Assembly (NCBI GenBank): GCA_965242925.1
Contig: CBDEUM010000022.1
Coordinates: forward strand, 160,001-224,000
Direction of reading: 5' to 3'
DNA length: 64,000 nt
From: Roseibacillus sp.
GTDB taxonomy: Bacteria > Verrucomicrobiota > Verrucomicrobiia > Verrucomicrobiales > Akkermansiaceae
The position numbers were made by a program, and so were the translations under genes. The notes under the pieces are model-generated. The model was not told where the DNA came from and searched no databases. It was given only the letters and a program-made list of their open reading frames with translations. The stretch's first letter is position 1. Each line of letters begins with the position of its first letter. Shown piece after piece: positions 52,224-62,473 of the stretch.

Positions 52224-52622
52224 ATGCTCCAGGAAGGTATTCTCAATCCCCACGTTCTCGATCTCATCGCCCGCATCCGCCACACCAATACCCTGGTCAT
52301 CTGCGACTGGGCCTTCCCCTACTGGAGCGAAATCGAAACCGTGGACCTCGCTCTCACCCGCGGCATTCCCAACGTCCTCGATGTCCTCAAGCTTCTCCAG
52401 CCCAATTTCAAGGTCGGCCACATCCGGCAGGCCCAGGAATTCCTCAACACCAATCCGCCGGAGACCATCGCAGCATTCGACGAGTGCTTCGCCACCTTTT
52501 CCGATGCCCAGATCACCCGCGAACCGCACCTTGAGTTCAAGACCCGCGTCCCCAAAGCCATCGGTCTCATTCGCACCGGCGATCCCACCGCATATGGGAA
52601 CGTCATCGTGGAATCGGTGTGA
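52224..52622 (+). CDS. RbsD/FucU family pyranase/mutarotase
   Basis: GILN, HT..LVICD, DLAL..GIP, IRTGD.T.YGNVI. Confidence 0.88.
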   Translation: MLQEGILNPHVLDLIARIRHTNTLVICDWAFPYWSEIETVDLALTRGIPNVLDVLKLLQPNFKVGHIRQAQEFLNTNPPETIAAFDECFATFSDAQITREPHLEFKTRVPKAIGLIRTGDPTAYGNVIVESV

Positions 52623-52746
52623 CGCCTTGTGATGGGAAAAGGCAAGACGGGATGATGCCGTGTCCCAATCGACCCGGTCTTGGTTGAACGCTTCCTGAGA
52701 AGCCTTTACCCTCTCCCTTCCGCCCTGCACCAATTCACCAACTGCC

Positions 52747-53775
52747 ATGAAAGCAATCGAATTCACCCGGCCCGAGGTCATCACCATGATCGACCTGCCC
52801 GATCCCCCGGCCCCCGGCCCCGGGGAGGCATTGGTACGCACCCACCGCATGGGCATCTGCGGCACCGACCTCTCCGGCTATCTCGGCAAGATGCCCTTCT
52901 TTTCCTATCCCCGCATCCCCGGGCACGAATTGGGACTGGAGGTCCTCGCGGTGGGCGGGGGAGTGGACCATGTCCGGGTCGGTGACAAGTGTTCCCTTGA
53001 GCCCTACGTAAACGATCCCTCCTCCGCCACCAGCAAAAAGGGCCACAGCAACTGCTGTCCCGGAGTGCAGGTTCTGGGAGTTCACACTGACGGCGGACTG
53101 CGCCCCGAGTGGATCTGCCCCGCTCACAAGCTCCACCCCGGCAACAATCTCTCCTACGACCAGCTGGCCCTGGTCGAGACCCTCGCCATCGGCTACCACG
53201 CGGTGATCCGGGCCGATCCACAGCCAGGAGAAACGGTGCTTGTGATCGGAGCGGGCCCCATCGGCCTGGCTGTTCTGGAATTTCTCCGGCTTCACGACAT
53301 CAAGATCATCGTGATGGACATGGTGGAAAGTCGTCTTCAATTCTGCCGGGAAAAGCTTGGGATCGATCACACCATCGTCTTCAGCCCGGAAGGGTCCCAT
53401 CTCACCGAGCTCGAAAAGATCACCGGCGGTGAACTGGCGGACGCCGTCATCGATGCCACCGGAAGTGTCAGGTCGATGTCAACCTGCTTCGAGTATGCCG
53501 CCTTTACCGGCCGGGTGATCTACGTGGGCATCACCACTGAGACTCTCTCCTTCCCCCACGCTCCCGTCTTCCACCGTCGTGAACTCACCCTCCTCTCCAG
53601 CCGAAACGCCCTACCTGCCGACTTCGGGAAGATCATCACCCTCATTGCCGACGGCCAGATCGACACCGATATCTGGATCACCGACCGCCTGACCTTCGAC
53701 GACGTCCCCACGGAATTTGCAGCTTTTACCGATACCAGTCGCGGAACCGTCAAGGCCATCATCGAAATTGCCTAG
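52747..53775 (+). CDS. Zn-dependent (MDR) sugar-acid dehydrogenase
   Basis: GICGTD, GHE, GAGPIG, SSRNA. Confidence 0.88.
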   Translation: MKAIEFTRPEVITMIDLPDPPAPGPGEALVRTHRMGICGTDLSGYLGKMPFFSYPRIPGHELGLEVLAVGGGVDHVRVGDKCSLEPYVNDPSSATSKKGHSNCCPGVQVLGVHTDGGLRPEWICPAHKLHPGNNLSYDQLALVETLAIGYHAVIRADPQPGETVLVIGAGPIGLAVLEFLRLHDIKIIVMDMVESRLQFCREKLGIDHTIVFSPEGSHLTELEKITGGELADAVIDATGSVRSMSTCFEYAAFTGRVIYVGITTETLSFPHAPVFHRRELTLLSSRNALPADFGKIITLIADGQIDTDIWITDRLTFDDVPTEFAAFTDTSRGTVKAIIEIA

Positions 53776-53865
53776 CTGCGCCCCCCCTGTCGATTCAGGA
53801 GCATCTTTGACTTTAGGCCCTGTGGCCTTAATCTGCCACGGAGGCAGCCTTCTCCTCACTGCTCC

Positions 53866-54303
53866 ATGTTCTTCAAGCTCCTCATTCTCTTCATCCTCGT
53901 CCCCATTGTGGAACTGTTCCTCTTCCTGAGGATCGGTGTCCGGATCGGCCTCCCGGCCACCCTCGCCGTTATCCTTCTCACAGCGGTGATCGGGGCGGCA
54001 CTGACCAGATCACAGGGTGCCAGGACCCTCGCCAATTTCAGACAGGCGATGGGGCGGGGACAACTCCCCCACCGGGAAGCCCTCGACGGACTCCTCATCC
54101 TCCTGGCGGGAGCGGTCCTCCTCACCCCGGGTTTCCTGACTGACACGGTGGGCTTCCTCCTCCTCTTTCCGCCCGCGCGCCACGCCATCCGCGGGCGCCT
54201 CGGCCACTACCTCAAGGGGCGGATCCGGATCATCGATCCCCCGACCGGGACCCGGGATTCCGCCGAACAGAACCCCAAGGATAGCGATTTTATCGACATC
54301 TAA
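53866..54303 (+). CDS. fxsA: FxsA family membrane protein
   Basis: P..EL, G.LL.TPGF.TD..G. Confidence 0.88.
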   Translation: MFFKLLILFILVPIVELFLFLRIGVRIGLPATLAVILLTAVIGAALTRSQGARTLANFRQAMGRGQLPHREALDGLLILLAGAVLLTPGFLTDTVGFLLLFPPARHAIRGRLGHYLKGRIRIIDPPTGTRDSAEQNPKDSDFIDI

Positions 54304-54413
54304 CAAGTATTGCACCCCTGGTGCGCTACCCCGCCCCGTTCCCAGACCCGTTTCTCCCGTGGAGGGTGATTTTTCGGGAACCCCGGGGAGTTTGTGGCAA
54401 TCTTCGCCACTAG

Positions 54414-54445
54414 ACTTGCAACTTGAAACCTGAAACTTGAAACTT
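54414..54445. repeat. heptamer tandem repeat AC(T/C)TG(A/C)A x4.5
   Basis: acttgca acttgaa acctgaa acttgaa actt. Confidence 0.7.
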
Positions 54446-54450
54446 CCCGC

Positions 54451-55806
54451 ATGTGGAAGGGCCGCTTCGCGCAGCAAACCGCTGATCTGCTACAACGCTA
54501 TGGAGAGTCGATCTCCTACGACTGGCGTCTGTACCCGCACGATATTGCCGGATCGATTGCTCACGCCCGGGCTCAGATGAACGCGGGACTTCTGAGCGAA
54601 GAGGAATTCACACAGATCGAAACCGGCTTGCGCGAAATCGAGAAGGAAATCGAGAGGGGTGAGTTTGAGTTCTCCATTGAACTGGAGGACATCCACATGA
54701 ACATCGAGGCCGCCCTCACCAGGAAAATCGGTCCGGCAGGTGCCAAGTTGCACACCGCGCGCAGCCGCAATGACCAGGTTGCCACCGACACCCGCCTCTA
54801 TTGCCGCAGCTCCATCGATCACCTTTTCGTGCTGGTCACCGGCCTGCAAAACGCCCTGCTCTCCCAGGCAGGGAATCACGCTGCGGTAGTGGTACCCGGC
54901 TACACCCACCTCCAGCGCGGCCAACCCGTCACCATTGGTCACCACCTCCTCGCCTATGTCGAGATGCTGGAGCGCGACAAACTGCGCCTGCGCGACTGTC
55001 GCAGACGCCTCAACATCTGCCCGCTCGGATCCGGAGCCCTCGCTGGTTCCACCATCAACCTCGACCGTCACGCCATCGCACAGGAGCTCGGCTTCGAGGG
55101 AGTGTCCACCAATTCGATGGATGCCATTGCAGACCGCGATTACATCGCGGAGCTTCTCTTCGCCATCTCCCTGCTCGGCATCCATCTTTCACGCCTCAGC
55201 GAAGATCTCATCCTCTGGTGCAGTGTGGAGTTCGGCTTTGCCGCCCTGAGCGACGCACACACAACGGGGTCGTCACTGATGCCGCAAAAGAAGAACCCGG
55301 ACGCGTGCGAACTCACCCGTGGCAGGGCGGGCCGGCTGGCAGGCAATCTTGTAACCCTCCTCACCACCCTCAAGGGACTTCCCCTCACCTACAACCGTGA
55401 CCTGCAGGAAGACAAGGAACCGCTCTTCGATTCCATCGAGACAGTCACCCTTGCTCTCGAAGTGAACGCCGAGATGATCACCGCCATGGAGATCAACGAG
55501 GAGCGTTGCCGCCAGGCTGCGGGTGATCCGGTCCTCCTGGCTACCGACCTCGCCGACTACCTCGTCCGCAAGGGCATTCCCTTCCGTGAGGCTCACGAAA
55601 TCGTTGGAAAGGCGGTGGCAACCGCGGAAAAACAAGATACCCCGCTGGACCATCTGGACCTCCCTGCCATCTCTGAGGCATTCGGCACTGACGCCGGAGA
55701 GGTTTTCGATCTCGAGACCGCCCTGCGATCGCGCACCAATCCGGGCGCACCTTCAATCGAAAACGTGCGCGGGGAGATTGATCGATGGCAGGCCCACCTC
55801 TCCTGA
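54451..55806 (+). CDS. argH: argininosuccinate lyase
   Basis: EDIH, RSRNDQ, PGYTHLQ, GSSLMPQKKNPD, YNRDLQEDKE. Confidence 0.97.
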   Translation: MWKGRFAQQTADLLQRYGESISYDWRLYPHDIAGSIAHARAQMNAGLLSEEEFTQIETGLREIEKEIERGEFEFSIELEDIHMNIEAALTRKIGPAGAKLHTARSRNDQVATDTRLYCRSSIDHLFVLVTGLQNALLSQAGNHAAVVVPGYTHLQRGQPVTIGHHLLAYVEMLERDKLRLRDCRRRLNICPLGSGALAGSTINLDRHAIAQELGFEGVSTNSMDAIADRDYIAELLFAISLLGIHLSRLSEDLILWCSVEFGFAALSDAHTTGSSLMPQKKNPDACELTRGRAGRLAGNLVTLLTTLKGLPLTYNRDLQEDKEPLFDSIETVTLALEVNAEMITAMEINEERCRQAAGDPVLLATDLADYLVRKGIPFREAHEIVGKAVATAEKQDTPLDHLDLPAISEAFGTDAGEVFDLETALRSRTNPGAPSIENVRGEIDRWQAHLS

Positions 55807-55954
55807 GGCAGGGAGGTCTGCGAACCCGGACGGGCAGTTGTCTGAAGAGAAATGCTCCGGCCGCCGATCGGTCGTGGGAACAGGGCTTTTCCCCTTTCCG
55901 CAACTGACAACAGGGCCTAGTGTTTCCCGTTTCTGAGAGTCACCCCCCAACTCG

Positions 55955-58900
55955 ATGTCTCGATTCAGCACCTGCTCCGTTATCGCTGCCACATTCATGC
56001 TTGTGACCGCAGGCGCCTGCGCCGCTGGCGACACGGACGGAGACGGCCTGCCTGATGAATGGGAAATCCTGAATTTCGGTGATCTCGGAGAGACCGATAC
56101 CGGCGACCTTGAACCCGACGGCCTGACCAACATCCAGGAGTTCAATAGAAACACTGATCCCAACGATGCCGACTCGGACAACGACGGGGTCGATGACGGA
56201 CCCGAGTTCAATATCCACAACACCGATCCCGCGGATGCCGACAGTGACGACGATGGGCTGTCTGATGGAATGGAACTCGGCACCCACAACACCGATCCCC
56301 TGGCCGAGGACAGTGACAACGACGGCCTCTCCGACGGTGCCGAGGTCAACACTCATTCCACCAGCCCCCGCCTTGAGGATTCCGATGGGGATGGTTTCAA
56401 CGACGGGATGGAAGTTTCCGCCGGGAGTGACCCGGGCGACCCCGGAAGCAGGCCTGACTTCAGCAACCTTTCCAATGTGGTCATCAATGAATTCATGGCG
56501 CAGAACCAATCCACTCTCCTTGATGAAGACGGGGAGAGCTCCGACTGGATCGAACTCTGGAATCCGAACGATCAGCCCGTCCCCATCACGGGTTGGCATC
56601 TCACCGACGATCCCAACGACCTGACCAAATGGACCTTTCCGGTTTATGCCATGGAGGGAAACAGTTTCCTCGTCCTCTTCGCTTCCACCAAGGACCGGAC
56701 AGTTTCCGGCCATGAGCTTCACACCTCCTTCGCGCTGGAAAAAAGCGGTGGGTTTCTCGCCCTCACCCGGCCCGCCGGACAGGGTGAAGTTGAGATCGTC
56801 CACCAGTTCAACCCCTATCCCGTCCAGACCGAGGACGTGTCGTTCGGCCTCTACGGAAACGAGGAACCGCTTCAATCCGGTTTTTTTCTCACCCCCACTC
56901 CTGATTCCGCCAACGATCCCGGCGCGGTGCAGGGATTCGTGGCCGATACCCGCTTCTCGATCGACCGCGGATTCTATGACACACCGCAAAGTGTGGTGAT
57001 CAGCTCCGCCACTCCTGGCGCGAGCATCATCTATACCACCAACAGCACGGTCCCCACCCTCAGCCCTCTCAATGGCCTGCGCGTCGATGCCCCGGACACC
57101 AACACTCCTCCCAGTGCCACCCTGACAATCTCCCGCACCACCGTGCTCCGCGCCTTCGCCTTCAAGGACGATCACGAATCTACCAATGTCGACACGCAAA
57201 CCTATCTCTTTGCCGATCAGGTCCTGCAGCAGGGCACTCCCAGTCAATCCTGGGCCAACTGGGGAAACCCGGGCCCGGACTGGGATATGAACACCCTGGT
57301 GACGGAGCACTCCAATCCGTCCAGTCGCTGTGTGGCAGACGACCTCCTGGAAATTCCCACCCTCTCCATCTCTCTCCCCTTCGCCGACATGTGGGGCAAC
57401 GGGGGAATCTACATTTCGGGAGAAGGCGTGGAGAGGGGCTGCTCCATTGAATTCATCAACCCGAACGGGGATCCCGCCAGTCCAAATTCCGAACAGGGAT
57501 TTCAGATCGACGGCACCGTCCAAATCGTGGGCGGATCGTCAACCGGTCGCTGGAAGAGCAACCACCTTTCCATGCGTGTCAAATTCACCAACGGTGATCT
57601 TCGACACAAGGTCTTCGACAAACCCTGGATTCCATTCGGCAGTGACGCCACCGATCGCTTTGACACCCTGGTGGTGGACGGCCGCCTCAACAACGTGTGG
57701 AACCACCCCAGCCACAGCCAGCGAGTCCTCGGCCAGTATGTCAGGGACCAGTATGTTGCAGATCTGCAGAACGCTCTCGGGGGAACCGCTCCCCATGGGC
57801 GGCACATGCACGTCTACGTGGCGGGCATCTACTGGGGCATGCACACCATTCATGAGCGTCCGGATGACAACTTCGCGGCCGAGTACTTCGGCGGCAACAA
57901 TGACGACTACGACGTGGTCAAGCACTCGGGGAGCACTGTCATCAGCGGTTCCAGTTCCAACTACAACAGACTCTCCAGCGTCCTCAACGCGGATCTCTCC
58001 AACCAGGGCCACTTCCAGCGGGCAACCAGCATGCTCGATCTTGAGGACTTCGCGAAATACATGATCGTGAACTATTTCTGCGGCAATACCGACTGGGATC
58101 AACACAACTGGTACGCCAGTTTCAACCGCCGCGTCCGCGGTGCCAGGTGGCATTTTCATTCGTGGGATGCCGAGCACGTGCTCAAGGGTGAAAACGACGA
58201 CGCCACGGGTCGTAACAATGGCGGCAAACCCACCGGCTTTCAGCACCGTCTGATGGCCAATGAGGAGTACAAGCTCATCTTCGCCGACATCGTGCGGCGG
58301 GAGTTCTTCAATGGGGGACAACTCTCCCCCTCCCGTGCAATCGCGCACTACAGCCAACGACTCAACATCATCGACCGCGCCATTCGTGCTGAATCCGCCC
58401 GCTGGGGCGACAACAAGCGCCCTGGGCAACCATACACCCGGGGCAACGAGTGGCTGGCAGAGCGCAACCGCATTGTCAGAGGCTACCTCCGGCGCCGCAC
58501 CAACACCGTCTTCCGCCAGTTCCAGAATCGCGGTTGGTACCCCGCCACCAACGCCCCTGATTTCAGCCCGCATGGGGGCAACGTGACACAGGATTTCGCT
58601 CTCTCCGTCACCAGCCCCGATGGCGGCACAATTTACTATACCATGGATGGCCGCGATCCCCGGGAAACCCTTACGGGTACCCCGCTGGGGACTGCCTACA
58701 CCGGACCGGTCACTCTGAGTTCCACCGGCGTATTGAAGGCGCGGGTCCGCAGTAATGGCGGTGAGTGGTCGGCTCTGACCGAAGCTCTTTTCGTGGTCGG
58801 GACCGAGGAAGCAGGAGCGGACAACCTGGTTGTTTCAGAGCTGCACTACCGCCCCGGCTCCCCCTCTACGGAGGAACTCGCCGCAGGCTACAACAACCGG

Positions 58901-59740
58901 CGGGACTTCGAATTCATTGAACTCCTGAACGTGGGATCCACGCCAATCGATCTCAGCAACGTGGTTTTCGAGGATGGGATCGATTTCAACTTTCGCAGCG
59001 ACTCGGAGATCTTTGCGCTGGACCCGGGAGAGCGCATTCTCATCGTGAAGAATGCCGCCGCCTTCGTGTTTCGCCATGGACCCGGACTGCCCGTGGCAGG
59101 GGCCTTCCAGAACGGCACGGATCTTTCCAACGGAGGAGAAAACATCACGCTGAGTAACGACACCACGGGCGAGACGATTCAGGACTTCGCCTATTCCGAC
59201 ACTTCGCCCTGGTCCGAGGCGGCCGACGGGCATGGCTACTCACTCACCCTTGCCTGTCCTGTGACCGGCGTCCATCTCACCAATCCGCTGAACTGGCGGG
59301 CGAGCCGGGAGGTGGGTGGCACCCCGGGTGGCGAGGACCGCATCTCCCTGGCAGACTGGCTCAGCACGAATGGCCTCGCAGCTGGGCAGGAAGAAAGCGA
59401 CCTCGATCGCGATGGCCTGAGCGCCCTGCTGGAGTATGCGGTGGGCGGTGATCCCAACGATTCCTCCGATGGCAACCTCTTCCTGCCTGCGGTGGCCTCC
59501 CTTGAGGTCGACGGGCAGACCGACAACTACCTGGTGCTGCAGTTCCCCCGCCTGAAGGGAGCCGACGATGTGCGGGTCACTGCCGAGGTTTCCGCCGACC
59601 TCATCACCTGGAGCGGCGCGGGCCCGGTTGTCGACTACCAGTTCAGCAGCGGCAACCTCGTGGAAGTGCTCATGGTGCGCGCCCCTATTCCTGCCGGTAG
59701 CGAAGCCCAGTTCATCCGGCTTCGCGTGGAATCCAGATAA
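55955..59740 (+). CDS. secreted CotH-kinase / lamin-tail-domain protein with DxDxDG calcium-binding repeats
   Basis: DTDGDG repeats; VINEFMA..DWIELWN (LTD); YWG..ERPD, NTDW..HNW, WDAE, ESARWGD; second LTD. Confidence 0.85.
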   Translation: MSRFSTCSVIAATFMLVTAGACAAGDTDGDGLPDEWEILNFGDLGETDTGDLEPDGLTNIQEFNRNTDPNDADSDNDGVDDGPEFNIHNTDPADADSDDDGLSDGMELGTHNTDPLAEDSDNDGLSDGAEVNTHSTSPRLEDSDGDGFNDGMEVSAGSDPGDPGSRPDFSNLSNVVINEFMAQNQSTLLDEDGESSDWIELWNPNDQPVPITGWHLTDDPNDLTKWTFPVYAMEGNSFLVLFASTKDRTVSGHELHTSFALEKSGGFLALTRPAGQGEVEIVHQFNPYPVQTEDVSFGLYGNEEPLQSGFFLTPTPDSANDPGAVQGFVADTRFSIDRGFYDTPQSVVISSATPGASIIYTTNSTVPTLSPLNGLRVDAPDTNTPPSATLTISRTTVLRAFAFKDDHESTNVDTQTYLFADQVLQQGTPSQSWANWGNPGPDWDMNTLVTEHSNPSSRCVADDLLEIPTLSISLPFADMWGNGGIYISGEGVERGCSIEFINPNGDPASPNSEQGFQIDGTVQIVGGSSTGRWKSNHLSMRVKFTNGDLRHKVFDKPWIPFGSDATDRFDTLVVDGRLNNVWNHPSHSQRVLGQYVRDQYVADLQNALGGTAPHGRHMHVYVAGIYWGMHTIHERPDDNFAAEYFGGNNDDYDVVKHSGSTVISGSSSNYNRLSSVLNADLSNQGHFQRATSMLDLEDFAKYMIVNYFCGNTDWDQHNWYASFNRRVRGARWHFHSWDAEHVLKGENDDATGRNNGGKPTGFQHRLMANEEYKLIFADIVRREFFNGGQLSPSRAIAHYSQRLNIIDRAIRAESARWGDNKRPGQPYTRGNEWLAERNRIVRGYLRRRTNTVFRQFQNRGWYPATNAPDFSPHGGNVTQDFALSVTSPDGGTIYYTMDGRDPRETLTGTPLGTAYTGPVTLSSTGVLKARVRSNGGEWSALTEALFVVGTEEAGADNLVVSELHYRPGSPSTEELAAGYNNRRDFEFIELLNVGSTPIDLSNVVFEDGIDFNFRSDSEIFALDPGERILIVKNAAAFVFRHGPGLPVAGAFQNGTDLSNGGENITLSNDTTGETIQDFAYSDTSPWSEAADGHGYSLTLACPVTGVHLTNPLNWRASREVGGTPGGEDRISLADWLSTNGLAAGQEESDLDRDGLSALLEYAVGGDPNDSSDGNLFLPAVASLEVDGQTDNYLVLQFPRLKGADDVRVTAEVSADLITWSGAGPVVDYQFSSGNLVEVLMVRAPIPAGSEAQFIRLRVESR

Positions 59741-59769
59741 CTCAGGAATTCATCCTGCCGGAATTCAGC

Positions 59770-62064
59770 TCACTCGGCGGGAAACTGGAAGCGGGACAAC
59801 TCCACGGTCTCGACCGTGTCCCTTTCCTCGGTAATCCGGATCATCCGGTTGGCAGTAACGTCCTGAAATTGCTGCGTTATGCCGCTTGCTGGCCACCAGA
59901 TTTCGATGCGGTCGATGGTGTCCGCCTGACCAATTCCTATCGTCTGCCGCAAGGGATTGGCCCCAAAGCTCCCCCCACTGTTCACATGGCGGTAGACCGA
60001 ACGCTCCCCAGGTGGACTTTCCTCCTTGAGCACCAGTCGGATCCGGGCCCCGATGGCACAACGGTTGGAGCGGGTCCCAACCAGCTGAATTGCAATCCAG
60101 TTGTTATCACAACCGGGGTTTTCAAAGAGAGCATCTGAAAACGTGTCTCCGGTGGACCCACCCCCCATTTGAGCGTAGATGTCCTGGTCCCCATCATGAT
60201 CAAAATCTGCAAAGGCAATGCCGTGGCCCTTCTGCAGATGCCCGAACCCTCCGTCCCAGGTCACATCCGAGAACCCCTGGCCCCCTCTGTTCCGGAACAT
60301 GACGTTCGGCATGAGTGCATCGTAATCCGGATAGCCGGTTCCAAGGTAAAAATCGAGGAACCCATCGTGGTCAAGATCTCCAAAGTTACATCCCATGGGA
60401 AGGACAAGGGTATCCAGGCCCACCTTGGCCGCGACTTCTGAAAACCCACCCTTTCCATCACCGCGATAGAGACAGGCAAGTTCATCGTCGCAGGGCCGCC
60501 CAAGGTAACTCTCCACCAGACTTGAAAGCGACTCGGGTAGCCCACGGTTAGCGGCAACGAAGAGATCCAGATTTCCATCGTTATCATAATCCCAGAACCA
60601 GGTCGGGAAAGCCGCTAAGGGACGCGTGACCTTCAGTTCCGGTGCCACGTCCGTAAACGTGCCATCGCCATTATTGCGGTAGAGGCGGTTGGGACTCATT
60701 AGATTCGCCACATACAGATCAGGATCGCCATCATTGTCATAATCTCCCCACGTGACCCCCTTCGTAAACCCCCCGTTCAGCACCCCGGCCCTTCCGGCAA
60801 CATCGGTGAAGGTCCCATCTCCGTTGTTCCGGAACAGCTGGTTGGTCAAACTATCACGCCCTGAAGGTTCGTTGCCCACGTAAAGATCCAAGTCGCCGTC
60901 GTGATCGAAATCGGCCCAGGCGGCTGTCTGGGTCGGATGAGCAGGCTCCGCGAGACCGGATGCGAAGGTGACATCCGTAAACACACCCTCTCCATCGTTA
61001 CGCAGGAGCGAGTTTGGATGCCGACCGGCCTTCAGCAACCATGCCCCACGTAAGACGAGCACATCAAGATCACCATCATTGTCATAGTCCGCCTGCTCCA
61101 GGTTCAATCCACCGGTCAGGCCTGTCAGTCCGGCTGACCTTGATCTCTCCTGGAAACTCCCATCACCCTTGTTCCGGAAGTAGCGCATCGGCCCTCGCGA
61201 ATCGAACGTGGAACTCACTATATCGAGTAAATTATCCCCATCAAAATCGTCCACGATCACTCCACCTGCCAGATTGAACGTATCAAGATCCAGACGGGGT
61301 GCAATGTTGACGAACTTTGGCCAAGGCTCGTCGGAAGCAAATACGGCAGGGGGAATCAGTTTATCCTCCGGGACCTTCGACGGATAGCCATTGATGGTCA
61401 TGTAAGCCAGGTTGAGAAGCCAGAGCGCGCGGAATTTGAGAACGCGGGGAACATCAGGCGTCATCAGGATCTCTTCCAGATAGCGAATGGCACTTCGTGA
61501 TTGCGCCTGATCCGTATGAATCCCTTCTCCCCGAATCGGCATGATGCAACTGTTCTCATTGTTGCGGGCACAGCAATTACGGGTCTCTCCATGACGAAGA
61601 TAGGCCACTGCCAGACGGTAACGGATGTCATTGAGTGCTTTCTGAGGAATTGCTGCCCCCAGGCGGGAGTACCTATCATATGCACCCTGCAACCGGGAGA
61701 GGACCTCCTTTTCCTTCCCCTGGACAGCTTCCGCCTCCGCAAGACGCAGGACAGCCTCCAAGTGTTGTGCACTCGGCCTGTCCGGAAGAGAGTCCAGTTT
61801 TTTGCGCCAGGTTCTCACCTCTGCCACCCCGGTAAACGGGTTTCCAACCTCGGTTTCCTCCACAATCCTAGCCAGCATTTCAACCATCCGCTGGTGGCCA
61901 ACGGGTTGTGGTGGGGCCTCTTCCCGGGACTCGCCTTCCCCGCCACCTTGCTCTCCTCCGGGGTCGGAGCATGCGCCCAACCCGAACGTCATTACCCCCA
62001 ATGAGAGAAAAAGTTTCCTGCGAGATGACAGGAAAGAAGATATTGCCCGCAAAGCGTCGGTCAT
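59770..62064 (-). CDS. CRTAC1/ASPIC-UnbV family FG-GAP repeat lipoprotein
   Basis: lipobox LGAC; repeated DYDNDGD.D; C-terminal SNR.AIGARI..GGSFG. Confidence 0.88.
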   Translation of the reverse strand: MTDALRAISSFLSSRRKLFLSLGVMTFGLGACSDPGGEQGGGEGESREEAPPQPVGHQRMVEMLARIVEETEVGNPFTGVAEVRTWRKKLDSLPDRPSAQHLEAVLRLAEAEAVQGKEKEVLSRLQGAYDRYSRLGAAIPQKALNDIRYRLAVAYLRHGETRNCCARNNENSCIMPIRGEGIHTDQAQSRSAIRYLEEILMTPDVPRVLKFRALWLLNLAYMTINGYPSKVPEDKLIPPAVFASDEPWPKFVNIAPRLDLDTFNLAGGVIVDDFDGDNLLDIVSSTFDSRGPMRYFRNKGDGSFQERSRSAGLTGLTGGLNLEQADYDNDGDLDVLVLRGAWLLKAGRHPNSLLRNDGEGVFTDVTFASGLAEPAHPTQTAAWADFDHDGDLDLYVGNEPSGRDSLTNQLFRNNGDGTFTDVAGRAGVLNGGFTKGVTWGDYDNDGDPDLYVANLMSPNRLYRNNGDGTFTDVAPELKVTRPLAAFPTWFWDYDNDGNLDLFVAANRGLPESLSSLVESYLGRPCDDELACLYRGDGKGGFSEVAAKVGLDTLVLPMGCNFGDLDHDGFLDFYLGTGYPDYDALMPNVMFRNRGGQGFSDVTWDGGFGHLQKGHGIAFADFDHDGDQDIYAQMGGGSTGDTFSDALFENPGCDNNWIAIQLVGTRSNRCAIGARIRLVLKEESPPGERSVYRHVNSGGSFGANPLRQTIGIGQADTIDRIEIWWPASGITQQFQDVTANRMIRITEERDTVETVELSRFQFPAE

Positions 62065-62145
62065 TGTAGCGCCTTCAGATCTACCGGATTCTCAGCTGAA
62101 AGGTCTCAGACTACAGGAAGTCTACTCGGCCTGGATAAGATCACA

Positions 62146-62187
62146 ATCAGTTTCCAGCAGGTGCCGATCAGTTCTCGGCAGGTGCCA
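62146..62187. repeat. imperfect 21-nt tandem direct repeat
   Basis: ATCAGTTTCCAGCAGGTGCCG / ATCAGTTCTCGGCAGGTGCCA. Confidence 0.6.
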
Positions 62188-62473
62188 AATTCCCCGGATG
62201 ATTGACTCTGTTCATCGAGTCGATGGGCCCGATCGTGAATCTGGTCTGCAAGGAAAATGATTCCATCTCTTGTCTCAAATCCTGCGATCGGCCCATCAGC
62301 AACTTCAAATGTTCCTATCCACTTGAATCCACAGTCCATCACGCTAAAAGGTGACCGCCAACGCCCCTGAACCGCATCGGATGAAGGACATGTATCCGCT
62401 ACTGTGAAGGCAATATTGAGTTAGTCTAATGCCCGACAGAAAGCTCCTCTGAAGTGCCTTCCGAACTCCTCAC

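Noticed and set aside
56030..56440. Periodic repeats as a CRISPR or DNA repeat array
   Set aside because: They encode DxDxDG calcium-binding protein repeats and are degenerate at synonymous sites.
62167..62187. TGGCAC (minus strand) as a sigma54 promoter
   Set aside because: The required TTGC -12 element is absent at the correct spacing.
62106..62342. 78-aa minus-strand ORF
   Set aside because: No motif, atypical composition, and it overlaps repeat/hairpin elements; probably non-coding.
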